Positions 49,623-59,058 of a DNA stretch of 64,000 nucleotides are shown here, in pieces. Position 1 is the stretch's first letter, and the number at the start of each line of letters is the position of its first letter. Position numbers and translations under genes: made by a program. Origin of the DNA: Opitutales bacterium (GTDB taxonomy: Bacteria > Verrucomicrobiota > Verrucomicrobiia > Opitutales > PNEW01); assembly GCA_965197745.1 (NCBI GenBank), contig CBDANS010000007.1, positions 384,001 to 448,000 of the forward strand. Direction: 5' to 3'. The notes below the pieces were generated by a model, which had not been told where the DNA came from, searched no databases, and saw nothing but the letters and a program-made list of their open reading frames with translations.

Positions 49623-50324
49623 GTGAGAAAAATTGAGAAATTATTTCGCGCGCCTTATGCGGCCCCGAATGGATTGCAGGTAACGGAAGAGGGACTCTGG
49701 CTTGTGGATCAGACAACCGACCGGGTTGCTTTGGTGGAGATCCCGGATCACATGATTGAAGAATATGGACTGAGTGTTTTAGTCCGCGATATACCCAGTG
49801 AGTCCTCCAACACAAGTGGGATGGCTTATGGCGACGGAGCTTTGTGGTTAACGGCAAATGGTCCTGGTGTCCTGCGCCATGTCAGGCCGACAGATGCCGA
49901 ACCGCACATGGCAGAGATTTTAAAAGTTGACGTGGACACAGGAAAAACCTTGCAGCGATATCCCGTGCCGGGAGGAGGAGGTTCACACGGAGTCGAGTAT
50001 GATCGCTATGAAGAGGGGTATCTCTGGGTGCAAATACTGAAAGACCAAACGCTCGGTAAAGTACGAATTAAAGACTGGAGTGTAGAGCGCTTAATCGCTC
50101 TTCCTTATGTACGGGGCCACGGCATGGTGCGGGTAGAGAACGGCATCTGGGTGGTTCACACCTCAAACCGGGTTATCGTTAAACTGGATTTAAATGATGG
50201 CAGCGAACTGGACAGAATAGAAGTTCCGAAATCCCATCCGGAGCCGCATGGTCTTACCCGCTTTGGTGAGGATTTACTTTACTGTGACGCAAGCTCCGGT
50301 TGGATTGCGAAGATTACCTTGTGA
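49623..50324 (+). CDS. Beta-propeller protein (glutaminyl-cyclase/Vgb-like repeats)
   Basis: Repeats PNGL..LW, SGMAY..LW, HGVEY..LW, HGMV..IW, PHGL. Confidence 0.65.
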   Translation: MRKIEKLFRAPYAAPNGLQVTEEGLWLVDQTTDRVALVEIPDHMIEEYGLSVLVRDIPSESSNTSGMAYGDGALWLTANGPGVLRHVRPTDAEPHMAEILKVDVDTGKTLQRYPVPGGGGSHGVEYDRYEEGYLWVQILKDQTLGKVRIKDWSVERLIALPYVRGHGMVRVENGIWVVHTSNRVIVKLDLNDGSELDRIEVPKSHPEPHGLTRFGEDLLYCDASSGWIAKITL

Positions 50325-50749
50325 TAAGACGTACTTAATTGGTTTTACCGTTAAGGCGCCGATTCTGAATATTGCCGCCTCCGGCAAAGTTCGGTGAACA
50401 AGGGTCGACACCGATTCCATGAACGGTTCATTGGTTAATTTATTTAATTAAAAGCGCATTGCTTGAACAGCATTAAGTTTATCTCCCATTGTGAGGAGTA
50501 ATTATCGCGTATTTTTTTTCACAAATTGAAATTCAACAAATGATTGGATGAAATTATGAGGGGAGGATTAAGTGAGTATAGACGGTAAACAGGTTTGCGG
50601 AAAGTATGAACTGAGATTGATAAAAAAATGTAAATATTATATAATGAGCAGTCACTATCTTGACTCCTTTTTTTCATTGTATAGTATAGTGCATTCTCAA
50701 CTTCATGTAGTTCTTATATAAAGAGAGAAACTTAAAAAAAAATAAATAC

Positions 50750-51658
50750 ATGATACGACCGACTACTATTCCGACAAAGAATAATATCCTGACAGTCATA
50801 GCAGCAAATTTAATTCGGTGGTATACGGACTTTCAACGGGAGGAGAAAGATAACACCGCAAACCCTTTTCAAGTTATGGAAACGTTGACAAGCAGCAGAA
50901 GCAGAGATTTTAAGGAGGTTCCAAGAGAAGCAGGAAGGAACGGGCAGGTAAACGGATTTGATACTGACCACGGAACGAATAAACAGTTAATAAACGTGGT
51001 GGCCCACGATTTAAAGAATCCGATGATCGGCATACGCGGTATTGCTGAATTATTGTTGGATGATGAGGATCGAACATTGACCAATGATCAAAAGGCCATG
51101 ATCGATCGTATTGTATCGGGTTCCAATAGCGCCCTCCATTTGATCGAAGAATAGCTCGAAGTGGCAATGATCAGATCCGGGAAACTGCAACTCTACAAAG
51201 AGGAGGAATCGTTAATTAATTTAGTGGAAGAGGTGATCCATTTTAACAGAGTAAACGCGGCAAGAAAAAATATTTCCATTGTCGTAGAATACAAAGCAGA
51301 GAGAGATTATTTGAAATGTGATACGCAAAAAGTTAAACAGGTAATCGATAACCTCGTAAGTAACGCGGTAAAATTTTCATTTCCAGGGACCACGGTTAAA
51401 GTGCTGCTTCAATCGATAAACGGCGGTGTAAGTTTGTCGGTTATCGACCAGGGACCGGGTATACCTGATGATGAGCAGCACCACATTTTTCAGGATTTTG
51501 GACGGACCTCGGTCCAGCCAACGGGTGGAGAAAAAAGCACAGGACTGGGGTTGGCGATATGCCGCTATATTGTAAAAGCGCATGGAGGTTCAATCAGCTT
51601 TCAAAATATGCCCAACGTGGGATGTAAATTTTCGGTATTATTTCCTTTAGACAATTAA
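50750..51658 (+). pseudogene. Histidine kinase split by in-frame TAG
   Basis: VAHDLKNP...LIEE*LEVAMIRSG (TAG at 51152-51154) continues in frame into NLVSNAVKF, DQGPGI, STGLGL. Confidence 0.8.
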
Positions 51659-51661
51659 AAT

Positions 51662-52066
51662 ATGGTCAGTAACCTTAAAGCGCTGGTCGTGGATGATGAA
51701 GAACACGTGCGCACTTATATAGTGCTCGTTCTTCGTAAGTTGGGAATTGAATCAATATTGGAAGCGAGCAATGGGGAAGAGGCTGTTCACATCTATAAGG
51801 AGGAACGGCCTGATCTAACATTACTGGACGTAAACATGCCGGTAATGAACGGCATTACCTCTCTCCAACGCATTATTGAAATTAATCCTGAAGCTATTGT
51901 TGTCATGCTGACATCCCTGGCGACGAGACAGATTGTTGAAGATTCAGCAGAACATGGGGCTTCCCATTTTGTAAGGAAAGATACATCAAAGGAAAAAATG
52001 CAGGAAATACTCAATGAGACGATATCCCTATTCCTAGATACGAAATCCAAAGCCAGTCTCACTTGA
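51662..52066 (+). CDS. Single-domain response regulator (CheY-like)
   Basis: LVVDDE, LLDVNMP, VMLTS, RK. Confidence 0.92.
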   Translation: MVSNLKALVVDDEEHVRTYIVLVLRKLGIESILEASNGEEAVHIYKEERPDLTLLDVNMPVMNGITSLQRIIEINPEAIVVMLTSLATRQIVEDSAEHGASHFVRKDTSKEKMQEILNETISLFLDTKSKASLT

Positions 52067-52081
52067 ATTCTGTAAGAGGTG

Positions 52082-52288
52082 ATGAAAAATAATTACACGC
52101 CCACGCTTTTCCCTCAATTAGAGGACAGTGAATTCAGGGAACATCGTTATTCTCTACCAAAAATCCTTGAAGAACTTAAGCACGAGCGAGCATCCTCCTA
52201 TTTCGCCAAGGAAATTCTTGACCAGATTGAAATTTCCAAAATCTTCGACGGAAAAAGAATAGCGCGTGTTAACAGTAAGAAACGATAA
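52082..52288 (+). CDS. Small hypothetical protein between the regulator and the ATPase
   Basis: AGAGG RBS-like sequence; fills the operon gap and overlaps the next start. Confidence 0.55.
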   Translation: MKNNYTPTLFPQLEDSEFREHRYSLPKILEELKHERASSYFAKEILDQIEISKIFDGKRIARVNSKKR

Positions 52289-53960
52289 ATTCATGGAGCT
52301 GCTTCGGCAGCCGCCATATGATCTGGAGGATGAGGTGCTCAACCCGTTATTGGTGGAGCACGAGGAAGGCAGTTTGCCTTTATTGGAGAAACTCATTGAA
52401 GATAAAATTCTCCCAAAATGGGAAGCGTGCGAGTTGTGGAGCAATTGTTTTGGGATGGCCTATGTCGAGCCCGTGACCACCCTTGTAAGTCGGGAAGCCC
52501 TGCAAAAGATACCGATGGAGATAGCGAACAAAGCTAATGTTTTGCCGCTATATATTTTTGATGATGTTCTTACGGTATCGATGATAAACCCTTCGGACGA
52601 AAAGTTAAGGGAACAGCTTGAGCAAATTTTTCAGATGCGCATCAGTCCGGTGTTCAGTCTGCCGGTTGAAATCGACACCGCGATATCCATTCATTACCAG
52701 ACGGAAGAAGGGCTTATGGAAAGCCTGGAAGAGCTCAAGACATTAGATTTTGATTTCAGCGGGGAAATGACCGAGGAAAATATCCAAGAGCTGACCGAAA
52801 ATGCATCACTCATTCAGATTATAAATTCGCTTATATATTATGCACTTCGTGAACGAGCATCGGATATTCATATCGAACCCGGTGAGATATTCACGAAAAT
52901 TCGATTTCGCGTTGATGGAATTTTACAAGAGATGCTGACTTTCCCGCAAAAGGTCCATGCCGCAGTCACCTCACGATTAAAAATACTCTGTGATCTCAAC
53001 ATCGCTGATCGCCGCTTTCCCAAGGATGGACGATTTTCATTAGATGTAGGGACCAATCGAGTAGACTTCCGCGTTTCATTAATGCCCACGATTCATGGGG
53101 AGAAAGTAGTGATTCGCGTGCTTGGGAACAAACAGGAAGTTTTGAAACTGGACCAGATGATGATATCTGAGACGCTATTAAAACCATTCAAGCGAATCAT
53201 TAAAAGTCCCAACGGAATAATATTTGTCACCGGCCCTACTGGATCGGGAAAAACGACCACTCTTTACGCCGCTCTCGCGGAAATTAATTCTGAGGAAATT
53301 AATATCACGACGATTGAAGATCCGGTGGAAATGCAAATGGAAGGGATCAATCAAAGCCAGGTAAATAAACAAATCGACCTTTCATTCGCGCCCCTCTTAC
53401 GTTCAATTTTACGCCAGGATCCCGACGTCATTCTCGTTGGTGAGATACGGGATTTGGAAACCGCAAAGATTGCCACTGAAGCGGCCCTCACCGGGCACCT
53501 CGTATTTGCCACCCTTCATACTAATAATGCATTGCAGGCGATTGTCCGGTTGGTGGAGATAGGGGTCGCTCCCTACCAGGTAGCGCCATCGATTGCCGGG
53601 GTATTAGCACAAAGATTGGCGGCCCGTATTTGTGACCACTGTAAAGAGCCCTATTATCCTTCATTAGAAACATTGGAAAATTATTTTTTAAATGAAGGGC
53701 TTACCGAAGTACCCTTCTATCGTGGGCGAGGTTGTGAAGAATGCCGGTTCACGGGGTTCAAAGGGCGAATCGCCTTTCATGAGCTGGCCCTGATTACAGA
53801 AGAGATGAGGGCCATCATTGCCAATGAAGGGAGCATAGGAGAGCTGCATCAGGCTGCAAATAAAGTTGAGTATCGCCCCTTGCACTACGACGGATTAAAA
53901 AAGGTACTCCTGGGGCTGACCACCATCGAAGAAGTCGAAAAGTACGCGGCCTTCTTCTGA
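52266..53960 (+). CDS. GspE/PilB-family secretion/pilus assembly ATPase
   Basis: ASDIHIEP, GPTGSGKTTT, TIEDPVE, LRQDPD..VGEIRD, TGHLV.ATLH, zinc motif CDHC...CEEC. Confidence 0.95.
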   Translation: MLTVRNDKFMELLRQPPYDLEDEVLNPLLVEHEEGSLPLLEKLIEDKILPKWEACELWSNCFGMAYVEPVTTLVSREALQKIPMEIANKANVLPLYIFDDVLTVSMINPSDEKLREQLEQIFQMRISPVFSLPVEIDTAISIHYQTEEGLMESLEELKTLDFDFSGEMTEENIQELTENASLIQIINSLIYYALRERASDIHIEPGEIFTKIRFRVDGILQEMLTFPQKVHAAVTSRLKILCDLNIADRRFPKDGRFSLDVGTNRVDFRVSLMPTIHGEKVVIRVLGNKQEVLKLDQMMISETLLKPFKRIIKSPNGIIFVTGPTGSGKTTTLYAALAEINSEEINITTIEDPVEMQMEGINQSQVNKQIDLSFAPLLRSILRQDPDVILVGEIRDLETAKIATEAALTGHLVFATLHTNNALQAIVRLVEIGVAPYQVAPSIAGVLAQRLAARICDHCKEPYYPSLETLENYFLNEGLTEVPFYRGRGCEECRFTGFKGRIAFHELALITEEMRAIIANEGSIGELHQAANKVEYRPLHYDGLKKVLLGLTTIEEVEKYAAFF

Positions 53961-53970
53961 TTCTATTGCA

Positions 53971-54426
53971 TTAAGCGTTTTGGGTAAAATTCAATTTGGA
54001 TTTTGCATTCCCCATTAAGATTATAGCTAATCCAACTAAGAGGCCGACGTTACGGATGAGTAAAAGAGGATAGTTTGTCTGTAAAGATCCGGGATCGCCG
54101 AAACATCCGCAGACAATATCGAGACCGCGAAACCAGGAAAGACCGATGGCGAATATAAAGACGGTCATCAATGAGGTGAGAAGTAATAGTGCGCCCGTTA
54201 GCCCTTTTTTAATGATTAACGACACACCACAAACGATTTCCAGCGAGGGCAAAAGAAAAGCGAGAAGGTAAGCGAAAGAATAGGGGAGGATTCTTAAAGT
54301 TTCGATGGCGGTAAGAAATTCCACTGGATCTGCAATCTTGAGTATCCCGGCAAAGATAAACAGTCCACCTAAACTGATGCGCAGGACAGCAAGTATTAAT
54401 ACCGGTGCTCTTGGTAGCTTTGCCAT
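53971..54426 (-). CDS. MauE/DoxX family membrane protein
   Basis: RISLGGLFIFAGILK, LEIVCG, CGCFG. Confidence 0.88.
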   Translation of the reverse strand: MAKLPRAPVLILAVLRISLGGLFIFAGILKIADPVEFLTAIETLRILPYSFAYLLAFLLPSLEIVCGVSLIIKKGLTGALLLLTSLMTVFIFAIGLSWFRGLDIVCGCFGDPGSLQTNYPLLLIRNVGLLVGLAIILMGNAKSKLNFTQNA

Positions 54427-54824
54427 GATTCCCAACCTCCATGAAGGGTATGGATGTTACTTATCTGCAATTCACTTTTCAGGCGTTGAGCCACTTTTTT
54501 GCTGGCTTTACACAAACGGCTGTCACAATACACGATTATAGTTATATCCGGATCCCATTTTTCCATAAATTCAGTGAGGAGAGTTTCCCAGTCATCTTCA
54601 TTCAGGAGAACAGCGCCCGGTATATGATCTTCATCGAAATTTAATTTTGATCGCGCATCGACCCATAGTACTGAATCAATAATCTGCAGCGCGGAATTTA
54701 AAAGAATTTCATCTGCTCCAATATCGGTCTTACCATAAATCGGGGCCTTGGGGTGAAAGAGCCACGTGACGAGACCCAAAAAAACGGCGATGAATACGAT
54801 AATTCCCAATTCTTTAAGCATCAT
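54396..54824 (-). CDS. Rhodanese-like domain protein, membrane-anchored
   Basis: WVDAR, HIPGA, IVYCDSRLC, LHGGW. Confidence 0.88.
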   Translation of the reverse strand: MMLKELGIIVFIAVFLGLVTWLFHPKAPIYGKTDIGADEILLNSALQIIDSVLWVDARSKLNFDEDHIPGAVLLNEDDWETLLTEFMEKWDPDITIIVYCDSRLCKASKKVAQRLKSELQISNIHTLHGGWESWQSYQEHRY

Positions 54825-54860
54825 GCAAGCTGAATGAGGGGGTTAATTATGTCCCGTCAT

Positions 54861-55508
54861 TCATTGAACTCTCAAGTGAAAATAAAATAACTTCGGATTA
54901 TCTTTCGGGAAATCTGTTTTCACTAAGAGCTTACTGCTTTTCGAAGTTCGCATCGTTCCGGGATCAACGGTGAGAGCGTATTTTTTACCTGACTCTATTT
55001 CCTTTAAATCCAGGTTAAACGAATCATTGCTGTTCTCAATGTCAGTAATATTAATGGGTGACTCGGGTTGAAAGTCTATAGTGATAGTTTTAGGATTCAT
55101 CCGCTCATTCTTATGCCAAAAGAGCAGGCGGGTATTAATTTCCGCAATTTTTGGAATATTTACGACGAGCATTAATTCATAATAGGGATAATCAGGATCA
55201 TCCGTAAAAATGGTAATTATTTTTCTCTGCAAACCCTCACGTTGCCCAATATTGAATATCGCTTCTATTGCCCCCTCTTCACCCGCCAGATAATTCATTT
55301 TTTCCATCGCTGCGGTGGTGCACCCACAACTGGTTTTGATGGATGTAATGGTAACGGGGTAATCACCCTTATTACTGAATTGAAAAGTTCGCCTGACTTC
55401 CTTGTCGTCAAACTTCACTTCAATCTCATCACTTTTTACCTTAAAATAAATTTGCCCCTGCAGCGAGAGCGGCAAGACGAGGATGAGGACAATACCGAGA
55501 AATTTCAT
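54861..55508 (-). CDS. DUF1573 domain secreted protein
   Basis: FQFSNKGDYPVTI..IKTSCGCT; signal peptide. Confidence 0.85.
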   Translation of the reverse strand: MKFLGIVLILVLPLSLQGQIYFKVKSDEIEVKFDDKEVRRTFQFSNKGDYPVTITSIKTSCGCTTAAMEKMNYLAGEEGAIEAIFNIGQREGLQRKIITIFTDDPDYPYYELMLVVNIPKIAEINTRLLFWHKNERMNPKTITIDFQPESPINITDIENSNDSFNLDLKEIESGKKYALTVDPGTMRTSKSSKLLVKTDFPKDNPKLFYFHLRVQ

Positions 55509-55622
55509 GGGCAGATTATATCAGAAATAAAGATAAGACATCCATATAAAATAAGCAACGAATTAGACTTTACAAGAATGCCTTTAAATTCCAACGATTG
55601 AAATCGAAGGAAAAGTCAGCTC

Positions 55623-57191
55623 GTGGGGATAATAGAAATAACGGTCATCGTAATTTATTTAGGTTTCCTGGGAACCCTGGGGTTGTATTTTTCACGCCGT
55701 CAAAAGACAACAGAAGACTACTTTCTGGCCGGCCGCAAATTACCGGGTTGGGTGGTCGGTTTTTCAATCATGGGAACGATTGTCGGGAGCGCAACTTTCA
55801 TCGGACATCCCGGCGAGGTGTTTAAAAGGAACATGTGGGCTTTGCCCATGCACATGGTTTATCCCTTCGTAATGATTTTTATCTCCGTTTTTCTGGTGGC
55901 TTTTTACCGCAGGACGATCCGCATGACTGCCTATCGGTATCTGGAAATGCGTTTCGGCTACCCCGCGCGGATCTATGGCGCAGGCGCATTTATTGTCAGC
56001 CATGTTTTAGACTTAAGTATTACATTCTATTTTTTGGCAGTCGCCGTTGGCTACATGAGTGGATGGGATGTGTGGTGGGTCATCCTCATCGTGGGCATGG
56101 CGACAGTCATATATACCATGGTGGGTGGGATCGAAGCGGTAGTATGGACCGATGTGATTCAAGGGACGTTACTTGTCCTCGGCGGCCTGGTTTGTTTAGG
56201 AGTATTACTCTTTTCTGGACCTGATGGACCGATGGCGATTATCACCAAGGCTTGGGAGGGCGGAAAATTTGCATTGGGTAAATGGGATTTATGGGATTTC
56301 AGTTGGTTTGAAAATAATCAGTGGTTTTATATATTAGGCGGGGCATTTGGCGCACTGCAATACTTAGCCTGTGACCAGAGCAATGTACAGCGTTATCTTC
56401 TGTCACGGACCGATAAAGAAGCAGCCAAAGGAGCCTTTATCGGAGCAGCTTCATGTCTCCCTATCTGGATTCTGTTCATGATAATAGGAGCCTTAATGTG
56501 GGCATTTTATGAATTATCAACGGATCAAATACCGCTTGAGGTGCTTCAGGAAAAGGACTTCATCGTCCCTTACTTTATTAAAACCCAGTTACCTGCCGGT
56601 TTGATTGGCCTTATTTTAGCGGCCTTAATGGCGGCGGCAATGTCTTCAATAGACTCCGAATTGAATGCCATGGCGGCGGTGATAGTTAATGATTTTTATG
56701 TGCGACTTCAACCAGAGTCTAAAGATAAACATCGGTTACTGCTGGGGAAAATCACGGTCGCCGTTTTTGGAGCAACATCTATCTTTATAGCACAGCAATG
56801 GATCGGTATTAAATCAGTCATAGAATTGTCCGTTACCGTTGCCGCGATCGTGACGGGTGGAATCCTCGGTCTGTTTGCGCTGGGGTTTTTGTTTAAATGG
56901 ACGACAGCACGGGGAGCTTATATTGGAATTATATTTTGTATTTTCTTCACCGCGTGGGCAACATTCACCAGGGTTAAACTTCCCGGGATGGAAACAACCT
57001 TGCTTGACCTGGGGCATTTCAATTACACATTAAGTCCCTACCTGATTGGACTCTTCAGTCATTTTGTTTTAGTTATCGTCGGGTTGCTGGCGAGTAAACT
57101 TGCCGGTGGACCTCAACCGGATACCAGAGATCTTACATTTTGGGACGTCCTCTCCAAGCGCCGTGCGGAGGCAGGGAAAAGGGAAATGTGA
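55623..57191 (+). CDS. Sodium:solute symporter (SSS)
   Basis: DYFLAGR, AYRYLEMRFG, GGIEAVVWTD, DQSNVQRY, AAAMSSIDS. Confidence 0.93.
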   Translation: MGIIEITVIVIYLGFLGTLGLYFSRRQKTTEDYFLAGRKLPGWVVGFSIMGTIVGSATFIGHPGEVFKRNMWALPMHMVYPFVMIFISVFLVAFYRRTIRMTAYRYLEMRFGYPARIYGAGAFIVSHVLDLSITFYFLAVAVGYMSGWDVWWVILIVGMATVIYTMVGGIEAVVWTDVIQGTLLVLGGLVCLGVLLFSGPDGPMAIITKAWEGGKFALGKWDLWDFSWFENNQWFYILGGAFGALQYLACDQSNVQRYLLSRTDKEAAKGAFIGAASCLPIWILFMIIGALMWAFYELSTDQIPLEVLQEKDFIVPYFIKTQLPAGLIGLILAALMAAAMSSIDSELNAMAAVIVNDFYVRLQPESKDKHRLLLGKITVAVFGATSIFIAQQWIGIKSVIELSVTVAAIVTGGILGLFALGFLFKWTTARGAYIGIIFCIFFTAWATFTRVKLPGMETTLLDLGHFNYTLSPYLIGLFSHFVLVIVGLLASKLAGGPQPDTRDLTFWDVLSKRRAEAGKREM

Positions 57192-57240
57192 ACAGTGAAC
57201 AGTGAACAGTGAACAGTGAGTGTAGGTTCAGGGTTCGGGG
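57188..57240. repeat. Heptamer tandem repeat (GTGAACA)x4.5 followed by GGTTCAGGGTTCGGGG
   Basis: Starts on the SSS stop codon; same motifs occur at 2473-2540 and near 4255. Confidence 0.85.
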
Positions 57241-57399
57241 TTGTGAAGAAGGTATCTTATTCCCATTTTCACATACACCCTTTATCGCATTACCACATTT
57301 ACGCTTTACCGCTTGTACGCACATCCAGCTTGTCACTCCTTCATTAGGACAGTAAGGTTGTGTATGCTATGCTTAATGCACTAATGGAAACGTTCACCT

Positions 57400-58425
57400 G
57401 TGAAAAAAAAGAAAAAGACATTGCCGGTGGGGAAACTGCCATCTGAAATGTTGGCGGAAATGCTCGATCAAGCCCCGATCAATGATCCGAGTGTGATCGT
57501 GGGGCCGGGTGTGGGAATGGACTGCGCGGTGGTGGACACCGGGATAAAATATTTAGTCTATAAATCAGATCCGATCACTTTTGCTACAGACGAAATCGGG
57601 TGGTACGCCGTGCAGATTAATGCTAACGACATAGCCACTACCGGCGCCATCCCCCGTTGGTTTATGTTAACCCTTTTACTTCCCGAAGGGGAAACGACAG
57701 ACGAATTAGTGGAACAGATAACGGGTCAAGTATACCGGGCATGCGAAGCGATGAGTATCGCGGTAATTGGCGGACACACTGAAATCACTTATGGTTTGGA
57801 TCGGCCAATCATTGCGGGAACCTTAATTGGTGAAGTTGAACGGGATGATTTGATAACGCCACGGGGGGCAAGACCTGGCGATCATATTATGCTGACGAAA
57901 GGGGTACCGATAGAGACCACGGCCATTCTTGCTCGTGAATATCCCGAGCGCTTGAGCGCGGTGTTGAGTGAATCTGAGATAAAAGAAGCCGCGGCCTATT
58001 TGACTGATCCCGGGATTAGTGTCTCACAAGAAGCGCAAATCGCGGTAAAAGCCGGTAGGGTTACGGCGATGCATGATCCTACTGAAGGCGGGTTGTCTTC
58101 TGCCCTCTGGGAACTGGCTGAAGCGAGTTCCCGCTCACTTTGCATTAAGGTGTCCGCAGTACCTATCCCGGTCCTGTCCTCAAAAGTATGTGAAGTATTT
58201 AAGATCGATCCATTGTCATCAATTGCTTCAGGGGCATTGCTATTTACAACGACGCCCGATGACGTCAACCGAATTCGAAAGCGATTCGAAGAGGAAAGGA
58301 TAACCTGTGCTGACATCGGCGTTGTCGAAGATGGCCCGACAGGTGTCTGGTGTGAATCGCAGGCAGAGCGTGAACAATTAAATCGCCCTGTTCGAGATGA
58401 GATAACACGGGTATTTGAAGAATGA
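57400..58425 (+). CDS. AIR synthase-related (PurM/HypE-like) protein
   Basis: GPGVGMDCAV, SDPIT, NANDIA, GGHTE, MHDPTEGG. Confidence 0.88.
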   Translation: MKKKKKTLPVGKLPSEMLAEMLDQAPINDPSVIVGPGVGMDCAVVDTGIKYLVYKSDPITFATDEIGWYAVQINANDIATTGAIPRWFMLTLLLPEGETTDELVEQITGQVYRACEAMSIAVIGGHTEITYGLDRPIIAGTLIGEVERDDLITPRGARPGDHIMLTKGVPIETTAILAREYPERLSAVLSESEIKEAAAYLTDPGISVSQEAQIAVKAGRVTAMHDPTEGGLSSALWELAEASSRSLCIKVSAVPIPVLSSKVCEVFKIDPLSSIASGALLFTTTPDDVNRIRKRFEEERITCADIGVVEDGPTGVWCESQAEREQLNRPVRDEITRVFEE

Positions 58426-58480
58426 TATGAGTACCCTGATCTTTGACCTCGGAAAATGAAAAAGAAGGAGAGCATTATTT

Positions 58481-59053
58481 ATGGGAATAGTGAGAGCCGG
58501 CACGGTTGAGCAGATGCCACGATTGGTCCCTGATCACAAGCTGCCGCGCTATGCTTATATCCCGGGCCAATCGCCGCATCCGACCCGTGATCCCTCAGGG
58601 CATCATTTTAAATTAAATGAGATAAGAGATGACCTTTTCATTCAAGACCAATGGGAGAACTGTATAGCCTATCTATTGGGGTTTGATTTATTTAATTTGG
58701 GCTATTACTGGGAATCTCATGAGTCATGGGAAAGTCTGTGGCATGCAGTGGGACGAAAAGGAAACAAAGCGGTATTTCTCCAGGGATTGATCAAGTTAGC
58801 TGCATCGGGAGTAAAAGCAAAGCAGGGCAGCATTACAGGGCTGAATAAGCATGCGGATGGGGCAATAAAACTATTCAGGGAAGTCGGCCTCGGGATAAAA
58901 GATGAGGGCGAAAATTATTATGGGTTTAAGTTAAAAAGTTTGATTGAGGTAGCGGAGGAAGTGAAAGCGATAAATCTGGAAAAAAGCGTAGGAACAGACC
59001 TTAAAAATCCCTGTGTTTTTGAATTCATTCTCCTGCCTGATTCAATTAACTGA
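58481..59053 (+). CDS. DUF309 domain protein
   Basis: LFNLGYYWESHESWESLW, LQGLIKLAA. Confidence 0.85.
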   Translation: MGIVRAGTVEQMPRLVPDHKLPRYAYIPGQSPHPTRDPSGHHFKLNEIRDDLFIQDQWENCIAYLLGFDLFNLGYYWESHESWESLWHAVGRKGNKAVFLQGLIKLAASGVKAKQGSITGLNKHADGAIKLFREVGLGIKDEGENYYGFKLKSLIEVAEEVKAINLEKSVGTDLKNPCVFEFILLPDSIN

Positions 59054-59058
59054 TAGTT

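Noticed and set aside
50660..50690. Sigma-70 promoter TTGACT...TAGTAT/TATAGT
   Set aside because: Spacing ambiguous (14, 16 or 19 nt) in AT-rich DNA; too weak to call
21996..51154. Stop-codon reassignment or pyrrolysine readthrough to explain the in-frame TAA and TAG
   Set aside because: TAA, TAG and TGA all terminate normal genes in this window; the two lesions use different codons; the TAG sits at an expected Leu; no pyl genes are seen
57133..57336. 67-aa ORF containing HSLFTVHCSLFT
   Set aside because: Product of the GTGAACA tandem repeat
57400..58425. hypE or thiL assignment
   Set aside because: No hydrogenase or thiamine context, and it lacks the HypE C-terminal PRIC motif
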